64,000 nt of DNA from Lingula anatina (taxonomy: Eukaryota; Animalia; Brachiopoda): NCBI GenBank assembly GCA_051362555.1, contig CM120640.1:64520788-64584787 (forward strand). Direction: 5' to 3'. The position numbers and the translations under genes are program-made. The notes beneath the pieces were generated by a model. That model was not told the origin of the DNA and ran no database searches. It worked only from the letters and a program-made list of their open reading frames with translations. Of this stretch, positions 21,801 through 32,875 are shown piece by piece (within the stretch, counting starts at the first letter, position 1; every line of letters begins with the position of its first letter).

Positions 21801-24707
21801 AATAGTTTGATGTGCAACCCAATTTATTTTTATGTACAGACACAGATGTGTCTGTACATATTGCCATCACCTGCGTCTGTCGTCGCCGATGCCGATGGCG
21901 ATGGCGATGCCGATGCCGTGCACTTTCCTTGTAAACACGATAAGTGGAGGGCAGTTTTACTTTTTGGCTTTATATTTACAGAGCTGGTGAATATTCATAA
22001 AACGCAGGTCAAGTTCGAAAATCAGCATGATCGGGCCATTATTATAGAAGTTATGCTGTTTTTTCACTTTTCAGCATGTTTTTCACATTTCCTCAGATTC
22101 AATTCTTAGGCATGTTAACAGTCTCATTATTAAACTAATAAGATACGTAAAAGTTTTTGTTTGACATTTCCTGCATCTTTACAACATTGTTAGTTGATTT
22201 TGTAAAAATGATGGTAAACTTGTTATCGTGTATTGTGTAATAAAGTTTCAAAAATGGAAATAAACTCATATCATTGCATTTTGTCAGATTCAATCATTCA
22301 CTATGTTCAGAATCTCAGAATGGAAGAAATTGGACATTTAACACTGCTTTATTGATATTTTTCCCATCTCATCAATTTTCTTAGTTGATCATATAAAAAT
22401 GGCAGTAAACTGTTAATTTTGTTTTATGTTAAAAATTGTTAAAAATGGGGAAAAAAACATTTCAGAACAGTGCTGTCTTATTTACATTTTGGCATTTTCA
22501 AGTTGTGACTTTGAAGTTCCATGGGCCTGAAGACCTTTGCTAGTCACATTTTCTGAATATCCATGATACTAATATTTTATTATTAAAAATTGATGGTCAT
22601 TATGCTGTTAAACATTATGTAATATTGCATCAAAATTTGAAAAAAACCTATTTTGGGCACTGCTCCCATGATGACCATTTAAGAAAAACCATGTCACTTA
22701 CTGTTCTCAAACAGTACAGTAAATATATATATAGATGTGTCTGTACATATTGCCATCACCTGCATCTGTCGTCGCCGTCATCGCCAGCGCCGACGCCGTG
22801 CACTTTCATTGTAAACACGATAAGTGGAAGGCAGTTTTACTTTTTGGCTTTATATTTACAGAGCTGATGAATATTCATAAAACACAGGTCAAGTTCGAAA
22901 ATCAGCATGATCGGGCCATTATTGTAGAAGTTATGCTTTTTTTTCACTTTTCAGCATATATGCAACCCTGTAAACACATATTAAGGAAAACCGATAGGCC
23001 TGTTGTCATGAAACTCACAGGAGTAATCAATCTTACTACAACGCAGGTCAAGTTCGAAAATCGGCATGATCGGGCCACTATTTTAGTAGTTATGCTGTTT
23101 TTTCACTTTTTAGCATATATGCAACACTGTAAACACAATATAAGAAAAACAGATAGACCAATTGTCATTAAACTCACAGGAGTGGTCAATCTTACTAAAA
23201 TGCAGGTTGAGTTTGAAAATGAGTATAATCGGGCCATTGTTTTAGAAGTCATGCTGTTTTTTCACATTTCCTCAAATTCAATTCTTAGGCATGTTAACAG
23301 TCTTATTATTTAATTAATAAGACACATAAAAGTATTTGTTTGACATTTCCTGCATCTTTACAACAGTGTTAGTTGATTATGTAGAAATGATGGTAAACTT
23401 GTTATCGTGTATTGTGTAATAAAGTGTCAAAAATGGAAAAAAACTCATATCAGTCAGATTCAATCATTTACTATGTTCAGAATGTCAGAATGGAGGAAAT
23501 TGGACATTTGACACAGTTCTATTGATATTTGTCCCATCTCATCAATTTTCTTAGTTGATCATATAAAAATGGCAGTAAACTGTTTATTTCATTTTATATT
23601 AAAAAGTGTTAAAAATGGAAATAAACCCATTTCAGAATAGTGCTGTCTAGTTTTTATTTTGGCATATTCAAGGTGTCACTTTGAAGTTCCATGGGCATGA
23701 AGACCTTTGCTAGTCACATTTTCTGAAAATCCATGATACCTTTATTTTATTATTAAAAATTGATTGTCATTATGCTGTTAACCATTATGTAATATTGCAT
23801 CAGAATAGAAGAACACACGATTTTGGGTGCTGCTGCCATGAAAACCATTATGGGAAAACCATGTTTCTTATGATTGCCAAACTTTCAAAAAAGAAATACA
23901 GGACTAAAATGCAGCCTGAGTTGGAAAAGCAGTCTAATTGACTTCTTTTTCTGGAAGTTATACATTTTCAGAGTGTGAACTTGAACTCCTATGGGGCTGA
24001 AGCCTTATGCTTGTTACACATTTTACTTACATTGGAATTACCTGTTGAGCATAATTAAAATTTGATGTTGAATTTGCAGTTTAACATAATATACTTTTGC
24101 ATCAGAATTGACAGTACCCTATTTTGTTTTTTCCTGCTTTTTGTCTGTACATTTGACAGCTTTGCTGCCTTGTTTGTTAAAGGACATTGGACCTGTTATA
24201 ACCACCATTTTATTTGATCTATATATATTATGACATGTATTTCAGATTTGGAATGGGTGATGCAGAAAGTATAACATCCCCAAAAAGATCAGCAGTGTCT
24301 TGTCCCATATGTATGGACAATGAAATGCAGGTAATACAACTTTTCTGATATCATACTGCATTTGCTAATGGACAATTACGTGAAATATATGATTTTATGA
24401 TGCAATTACTTACAGGTTCACACATGTGGTTTAGAACACATTCTTTGTTCCATTGTATATTCTGATTAAATGCTGCCTAATGTAGGATATTTCAGCATCA
24501 TATTTTATGCACTTGATTATTGAAATTCTTAAAAGTAACCACTGTTTTGTTTTTCAGATAAAAGCCAGTGGTCGTCAGCTTCAGTCTACAGTCTGTGGTC
24601 ATATATTTTGCAATGTTTGTATCAGATGCTCCATTCAAACCAGTAAAAAGTGCCCAACATGTAGAAAGAAACTTAACAATAGAAGTGTCCATCCCATATT
24701 TATATAG
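18862..24707 (+). CDS. RNF4: SUMO-targeted E3 ubiquitin ligase RNF4
   Basis: Exons 18862-18870 (ATGACCTCG|gtaagt, inferred), 19645-19783, 20331-20428, 20704-20725, 20984-21137, 24246-24330 and 24558-24707 give 657 nt in frame. SIMs CIDLT, VVDLT and VVVLE; Arg-rich motif; VLSSDDE; C3HC4 RING VSCPICMD..STVCGHIFCNVCI..KCPTCRKKL..HPIFI*. Confidence 0.95.
21828..24174 (+). mobile_element. Helentron-type HINE with internal tandem duplication, in an RNF4 intron
   Basis: 5' perfect hairpin ATGTACAGACAC-agat-GTGTCTGTACAT (21832-21859) after a T-run; (GCCGAT)-type microsatellite; 3' subTIR TGTCTGTACAT (24142-24152) then stem-loop GACAGC-ttt-GCTGCC and TTGTT. A unit of about 0.9 kb (about 21844-22700) is repeated from about 22732, with about 130 bp sub-repeats (CAGGTCAAGTTCGAAAATC..GATCGGGCC). 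Confidence 0.8.
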
Positions 24708-25328
24708 CACAATTATAAGAGGAAAGGCTTCAATTCTGATGTAAAGAGAGGAGTTTCTCCTTACTATTGAGTCCAGTTCAACTTGCAACATGGAACTTTC
24801 ACTGCATTGAATTTTATAATTTTCATTTGTTATCTCTTTTTATTTAAAAATAACATTTACACTTATACTGTTTTCTGGGGGAATTGCAAAATTGAAAAAG
24901 AGAGAATATCCAGCTATTGAATAAAATTGTGAAATTCTCATGAATTATTTTCTTGCGCAAATTGCTATATATATAGATGTCAGTACAATTTATTTTACAT
25001 TGTTAAGCAATTAATATATTTTGTATAACAGCTAGTGATTATTATTTATAAAGGCACATAAGGAAAAATCACAAATTGTATCTTCTCACTTAGTTTTTAA
25101 TTATAAACTTAAATTTTTCAACTAATGCTTCATGTGTATGCCAATGTCAAAATGAAGGCATTTTTAAAAAGGAACCTGCACCAAGGTTTTTTTTTTTTTT
25201 TTTTTTTGTACTTAGTCTAGATTTTAAATGCTGGGAGAAGGAATTAAAAATTAACAAAATGGAAATGCAGCTTAAGTGCCTTTATAGATACTAATATTAG
25301 CATCAAAGAATACAGTACCAAATGTCTG

Positions 25329-25334
25329 AATAAA
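25329..25334 (+). terminator. Candidate RNF4 polyadenylation signal (alternative AATAAA at 24920-24925)
   Basis: AATAAA followed by T/GT-rich sequence, about 620 nt after the stop codon. Confidence 0.45.
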
Positions 25335-25659
25335 GTGATGATTGGAATATTTTGTCTATTGTTTTCATTCTAAGGACTGATTTTGACATTTTGATTACTT
25401 ATACTTTGAATGTTTGGCAACAGAAAAGTTTTTAAAGAGTAGTGCAAAGTCTAGACAAAACTGCAATAATTTTTCACTGATAAGAAAGATTTTAAAAGAG
25501 GTTAAGTCGGTGTCATTTTTGGACTTACAATAGAAAATATAGTTTCATAGCAGCAATGAGTCTCCAGGATAAAATGTGTTTGCTGTTCTAATTTTTAACA
25601 TTTTAAACATCTAGCGCATTATATCCCAATTTTTAATTTACAGTCTTAATGGAACGTAC

Positions 25660-25978
25660 AGCGCGCAGAAAAATAATCTGGAACATAGTGAGAACATTTC
25701 ACGGTACATTCCCGTAACTGAATTCCATCCTAAACGTGCAGATTACTTTTTATATTTAGATTGATTGATCGGCCCCCTGTTGGGAAAGATGCGAGTCATA
25801 TGATACAATGCATTGTGGGACATCTACATATGCCCAACTCCGCCATATTGGATTGTGATGTCTTACATGGGTAGGGTAACAAATATATGAGGAAACTACA
25901 AGCAAGAAGGTACAAAACTTCCTTGATCAGATCTGGTCATCATTATTAGAGTTATTTCACGCCAAGCACATTCTCACT
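25660..25978 (+). promoter_or_regulatory. FAM193A promoter/5'UTR region with YY1-like motif
   Basis: CpG-containing patch in CpG-poor surroundings, upstream of the ATG at 25979; TCCGCCATATTGGAT at 25839-25853 contains the YY1 core CGCCAT. Confidence 0.5.
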
Positions 25979-28900
25979 ATGAGTTTTGTTGATGCCAGAA
26001 AGAGCAAGAAGAGGAAAAGTAGGAAGGGCACCAGGTCGGCCAACACCTCGTCCAACCAGATCAATCAGCCAAATATTTCGCACTTAAAGCAAGAGGTAAC
26101 CGCTTCATCGTTCTTAAAACTCTTGATAACCCGAGAGATGGAATAATCAATGCTGAACTATTTTAATATAACATCTAAATTACCAGAAGCTTTTATTTTT
26201 CTTTTTTAAGCATAAAATTAGTATAGACGTTAAATAAATTCTTTTCTTACGAAATTCACTTTAATTATCAAAAATATGAATTTAGAACAAAGCCCTGATA
26301 CACGATTTAATCCTCAAGCATACACTAAGTCATTTAAAAAATGAATAGTGCCAGCAATTGCTCAGAAATGCCTGGATAGAATTGATTATAGCTCTTGGTG
26401 ATCAGAATTTTGCAAGGTCGATTGTTAACAGTTACCAATCTGAGATCTCATGCCAAGATTTTGAGATGCCAATAAACTCCAATTAACTCTCAATCATCAA
26501 AGATTCTTGATGCTTGTTATATATATTTATGTTTATTTAGGTTTATACTCAAAGTTGGCCTATACTTTATAAGGCCTGATAAATGTGCTAATTAACAAGC
26601 TGAAGTTTTTACGTGAAATAGCATCTTAACCATTTTCCTGTTGTAATTATTTAGAAAAAAGTGCTATTGCTAATTTTGACGCTGTACATGTTCTGCTGCT
26701 ATATATTTCAGCAGGAAAATGATTTCTTCTATTTATTTAATATTACGTGTGGAAGCACATGAAAAGTATATGTAAAGATAACTGTATAGTGATGTCTAGC
26801 AGTAGCTAGTGTGTTGGATTTATAACAGGGCTTATCAGCAAGTCAAATTATGTTTCCTGCCTGAAATCAAACTGCTTTGCAGGAAGTTGCTTGACCTATA
26901 TAAACCTGGAACAAAAATTATAATAGTTTGTCTTTGGGAAATCTCTCACCTCTATGGTCGCTAGGAGTCTGTAACAGAATTGTTGAAATTTGACTCTTCT
27001 TCAATTTTGTAACATCTGTCCTAGATGCCCCTGTGATATCAGAGGGTGGTCTTCAGATGGGAAACAATTCCTGACCTACTCCTTGCTTGCAGAAGTTAGT
27101 TTATGGTTGTCTCCATATCTGGTAAATGAGCAAGGTAGCCTTACCATATTCTCAGGGCTTTCGGTTGCAAAACGTTTCCTTTTTAGCAATGTGCCACTTT
27201 AGGAGGAAGGGGGTATGTAAAAGATCAAGTCCCCCTGCAGTAAGATGGATGCACTAACTAAATGCCATTGTAAAGATAACTATACCTACATCTTTAATGT
27301 TTTGGCATATATCACATAATTTTAACGGGGGTCGCTAATGCATGTCTTTCTTTGCTAGTAGATATCCATGAATTAAGTTTCAAGTGCATCATGTCTAGAC
27401 GATATCATGTCTTTAGAAGTTAACATTTTTTTCAGTTATGTTAGGAATGTAATAAGTTCCTCACTTTATAAGTTGTTGTCCTCAGCTGATTTTAAGACAA
27501 AAGGCAATTAAATCCAGCATTGCTGTGTACAGTGTTAATATCCTGCTAGGCTAGTATTTGTGTTTATAAAATCAACTATGTAGATTCAAATTCTAAGGAT
27601 GTTAAGGGGACTCATAGTAAAAGGACCAAAGTCATAGAAACAAAGCCCTGGGCTTATAAGTTTTTATAAAAAATTCAAACAAACTTCCCAAAAGGCCAAT
27701 TAAAGACGGGGATTAAGTACAGTGTCCAGCGGATGACGCTATAGCGCCAATTTTAGGGGGAAAATGCCGTTTTCGGAATTGGGATTTTCTCTATAACCAA
27801 GACAGCTATTCAAGTGATTCAAAAGGCCTCATAAAGCTGGGTGAAAGCACTTCAGCGCGGTACCAGGGAATTGTCTTAAACTATTTACTTTTGATTTTAT
27901 CATCTTTTACGTTAAATTACCCCATATTTCAATGGGTTATTCACTTCAAAAGACGATAACTTTCAAACAAACAATTTCCTCTTAAACCCCTGACATCATG
28001 CTGTAGTCCACATTCCCAACAACAATAGGTGCAACTTTTGTAACGATCGGTTGCTCAGATAGTGAGATATACTTGGCAGCGATTCACTTATCTCGTCAAT
28101 ATAGAAAGCTGTTAAAACAGCCAAAAACGTTCACAGGTTGGTTAACAGGGCTTATTAGTCAAATGCTTAGCTGGAAATTTTACCTGTTATCGGTTATACG
28201 ACCAGATGGAACCATTGCTTATTGTCATCTAAAGATATTTTGTTTGGGTGCTTTGAAAGGGCAGAAAATCGTGCTTTTGTTACATTTTCCGACCACTCGT
28301 TAGGCTTGTAAGCGTGCCGCCATTTTGATTGACAGCTCTGGAGCGGGCCCTAGCCTAGTGATGCCCAGTAGGGTGTCAAGGATATGTAGAAGGAAGCGCT
28401 AACAAAGGCGATTACGTTTAACCGCAATTAAGAGGTGTGAAGTTGCATTTGAACGTTTCAATGGGTCTCCCTCGGCAATCGAGTAATTTTACCTGAGAGA
28501 TTCCTTTTCTGTTATCGGCAAAGTGATCAGATAAAACTGGGTGACAGTAGTAGTTCCTAACTGATTATCCTGGTAACTGTGAACTCGGGGGTGGGGGGGG
28601 GGGTTAATTTTTTCAAGAAGTCTTTTTGTGATTTTTATTTTGGGTACATTTTGAACTCTTTCTTCCCGCTTGATCGGTGATTTTGACATTGTTTTTCTCC
28701 AAACATCGCAAAATGCAAGTTAACATGCGTTTTTATTTTCATTGTTATTATTTTAAGTATGTTGTCAACCCTTGCTTGGATTTCTCTCGTTTGGCCATTC
28801 ACATCAATTTTGTGCGTGTCTCTAAAGCTCCTTGATTTCATTTATTGGAGAATAAAATGATATTTTGTCAACATTAGTTTTTACCTTCTAAAAACGGCGT

Positions 28901-31900
28901 CCAACAATCATTTCCAGTTTCGTAACGTGTCGCAGATACGCTCGCCGATATATATCGCCAAAATTAAGAGCTAGGCTAAAAGTATCGTTTCTAGCTTTTT
29001 TTTCTTTTAGTAATAAATTTTTCGTACAAATACATTTCTCAATTAATTTAGACGGTTCGATTTATTCTTTTACCCATTTATTAGGTATACATAAAAAAAA
29101 GAAAGACGAATAATATTAAATATTTCATGATGCTTTTATTTGAGCTGTACATGCGCCAATGGCTGTAACTGTCTTTCGACCAACACATCGTCGCCGCCAC
29201 ACACACGAAAAACGCCCGACTTGAAGGCACTTTCTAACAACTGTCCACTGTGCCAAAGCCTGTATCCAGTAGCTACTGTTTCTTCCTCACGATCACTGTC
29301 AGAAGACTCACTCACTCCAGGTAGATTCTCTCTCTCGTCATCCGACTGGACAAATACCGGTCTTCCTCCAACCGCCCATATACTCTCAAAAATTTCTTTT
29401 TTTCCTCTGGAAATGGACTTTAAACACGAACTTTTCTCTTCCCCATAGCGTACTCGACTTCTTCACTGCTTAGCTGATGTAAGACTTATGACCCATCACC
29501 GCACACGTAATCGGCTTATAACTCATTAACTATGCTCCGCCCCCCTCATGGCAACGGCCCTTAGCAACAGAGTTGTCAGCCTGACTGGGGCGCGTGCCGG
29601 TTGAAAAACTCATCAAAAGACACATTTTGCGGTGCAAATTCAAAAAAAATTATTACATCCAACGTTAGATACTTTTTTGATTAATAGAAACACACAAAAA
29701 ACTCAAAAACATGATTTTAAGCATAGTTAACCCTATTACCCACCTTAAGTTACTATGAATGCAATCAGAACCAGTTACATATTTTTGTGCAGTTGAAATT
29801 AGTATGTATTTTACTTTGTATTGAATTTCCTCCAAACTTCCTTCTCTGTAGATGCTTTTGGTATTTTCAGTTCCATTTAATATTTTTTGCCATACTGAAT
29901 TTCTGTCTTTGTAATTTGCAAACCAAGAGCATGAAGTCTTGACAGTGCCTAGTTTCTCTTCAGCTATGCTCCCTTTATCCCTGGTGTTAGCAAACCTAGT
30001 GGTGCACAGGTGAACCAGAAATTTGTCCTTGTTTGGAACAGCCAATAGAATAGTTCCCTGTGTACAGCAGGCAGGGGTTTCAAGCACATACTTGTCATTG
30101 CCTGATTGCTATGCTTGGATATGTTTGACAGATTGGCACTGAATTTTTAGAACCAGTTTTCTTAAGCTTTAAGTGCAGTGAAGGCAGTGATACAACCAGA
30201 AATACACATTGGAACCCCCATTAATGGAAGCATGAGGGTTGAGTGGGATTCACATTCTAATAAGCCAATTACAGTCCAGTAGGGTTTTTACTTCATGAAA
30301 ATTTGATATGAATGCATGTGCTTATGAGTATGTGTGTGCTTTTGTATGTCAGAGAATATTTATATATGATAAAACAAAAATTGATGATTATTATAAGACT
30401 CATCTGTGGAACTCTTACATTTATTGATTTGACATAAAAGCCTGTTGTTTGTATGCAAGTTCATGATCAATACATGTTGAGATATATATAAATGGGAGAT
30501 GGGCTGCAGTGCAGCTGGGATTTCAGCAAAGGAGGAATTTGGCCTGCATTCTTTTATACCTAGTTGCTAGTAGAGCTTGGTATTAGTGTCTGTGTGTTAC
30601 ATTTGAAATCTCTTGAATGCCTAGGATTTATGTGCCTGCTTTGTTTGATTTCAAGGTAATTGTATTATTATTTTTTAAATTCTCCTTAATGTTCATTCAA
30701 CCAATAATGGCAGCACAGATACTTGCCCCCCTCCCCGCCCCCCCCTACCCCCAGTGGAATATTTTTGATCCTTTGTGTGTAACCTTTGTAGGTTAGTGCG
30801 ACATTGTTTTAAGATATGGCTTTGTATAACTGATACATCCTATTGCTGTACATTCATTCAAGTACAAATTTCTCGCAGCCTAAGATGTCTGCTATGTTTA
30901 TATTAATATATGTTTATATTTATATATGAAACAGCTGTATATACAGTGCAGCTGTTCATTTCCCTCTCCTCCCAGACAGAATTAGCTACTTCTATATATA
31001 AACTTTATAGGTCAAACACAGCTCACTTTTGTTATATTACCTTAGTCATTGCAGTGCTCATGCCTCTAAATTGAAATCTTGCCAGGGGCAAAAAAAAAAA
31101 AAAAAAAAGGCAGATATATTTTGGAACAGTTTTGGTTGTAAATGTGTTGTTTTTTATTTCTGGTTAAATAAAAATATGGTAGAATAAATGTGAACTCTGT
31201 GTTGTTCTGCAGAGAAATTGACTAATCAAATGAATGAAGATGTGCGCCAAAGCACCAGAATTATTCTGTGTGTTCTTTTCTCATGCAGAAATGCTATCAG
31301 ACATTATTGATCAACCCTGCACTGGGTATGGATGGCAAGATTGGATTTGTATTCATGGTATTTGCCAACATGAAGTCTTCGGATGCATTTAGGTTGCCAT
31401 ATATTTGGCCAGTGTCTCATACTGATCTATAGGCAAAATATGGAAAAGGAGAGCTACTGATGTAAAACTGCAATGAATCTAAATGGTCACTCTTTTTATA
31501 ACAGCAATTTCCAGCCAGTTTTTATTGATAAAATTGTTTAATATTATATTCTGATAGTTTTTGCTCTGACATTTATTTCAATCTGTACTAGAAGGTTTTA
31601 TTAAGAAATTTTCATGGCTTGAGAGTCTGTTGATTGTGATGTCTAGTTTCTTGTCATGTTTGAAGGTTAGATTTAGGATATATGTCAGTGTAAATGATGG
31701 GTGTTGCCTTCCATCAAATATGAAATGGTTCAGACATAATTGAATTATTTGTACTAATGCAAATTATCTTATTTGCCTGTAGGATCTTGAAGAAATGAAA
31801 GAAATTGAGAGATTGATGGATGCAGGAGAAGACTCTGATGATCCAGTGCCCAATTTCTCCAGGGGCCCTAACCCATATCTTGGCGGTGAGAGATGCCTGC

Positions 31901-32785
31901 TTTGCCGTTGTGAAAGACCTAGTCACTTGAAAGAAATAGAGGAAGCCAATAAAGGTAATTGATGGGATGGGCAATCTGTGGTCACTGTCACAAACTCTTA
32001 AGGAAGGAAAAGTATAGCATATTAGATGAGCACTCAGATAACATACCATAAATAGCTTCTCAAGATAATAGTATTTCATGACAAGTGGTGTTTACGTCAG
32101 CAGCATTACAATGTGTGCAGACATTTCTCTTGTCTTTTTAAAGCATAAGTTGTAGGTTATTTAGTATCATCTCATGACTTCAGAGTTACAGAACCTAAAT
32201 AGCATAAGTTTAATTCAGCCCACTTTAGATATTAGTAATAATGATGTAAATTGTTAACTGCTACCAAAATGCCAACATGTAAAACAATGTCTAATAAATA
32301 AAATATGCATACGGAGATCAAGCCTTAATATTACAAAATATGGGTCTTTGAAAATGAACTTGGTTCATGGTGATGGATCATTCAGTTATGTCAATTTCCT
32401 ACATGATTTGCCAATTTCAAAAAAGCACATTTTTCAGAGTCAGAAAAGGAAAAGGCTGCAGCTATGGGGCTCACTCAAGTAAGTTCAGCAGTGGTATTGT
32501 GGTATTGACTTTTATATAGCCCACAGTCATATCAAAATAAGATCAAACGGTTTGGGAGGGGGGGACTGGTTGAGTGACATCTAAGTATTAAAACTATATA
32601 AATGTGATTAGGGCATAGTTTCTGCAGATTTAAAAACTGGTTTTATTACACATTCGTACCTACTAAAGGTAGTGCTTTTATTTATTTTCTCAGTTAGAAG
32701 TTGTATCAATTATAATAGTTAATTTTCAGAAGATAAATTTATCAAAAAGTCCAAATTCATATTTTTGAATAAAATATGTTGATGT

Positions 32786-32875
<90 letters not shown>

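Noticed and set aside
21844-23290. Repeat-spacer-like appearance suggesting a CRISPR array
   Set aside because: Whole units are duplicated, with no unique spacers and no cas genes; eukaryotic context.
21783-23313. ORFs 21783-22109 and 22735-23313 with repeated peptides (QVKFENQHDRA)
   Set aside because: Translations of HINE tandem repeats; no Rep/helicase or other domain motifs.
27025-27133. Possible FAM193A cassette exon (tag|ATGCCC..CAAG|gtagcc)
   Set aside because: Stop at the fourth codon in the required phase, weak donor and no FAM193 similarity; could only be a poison exon and there is no support for that.
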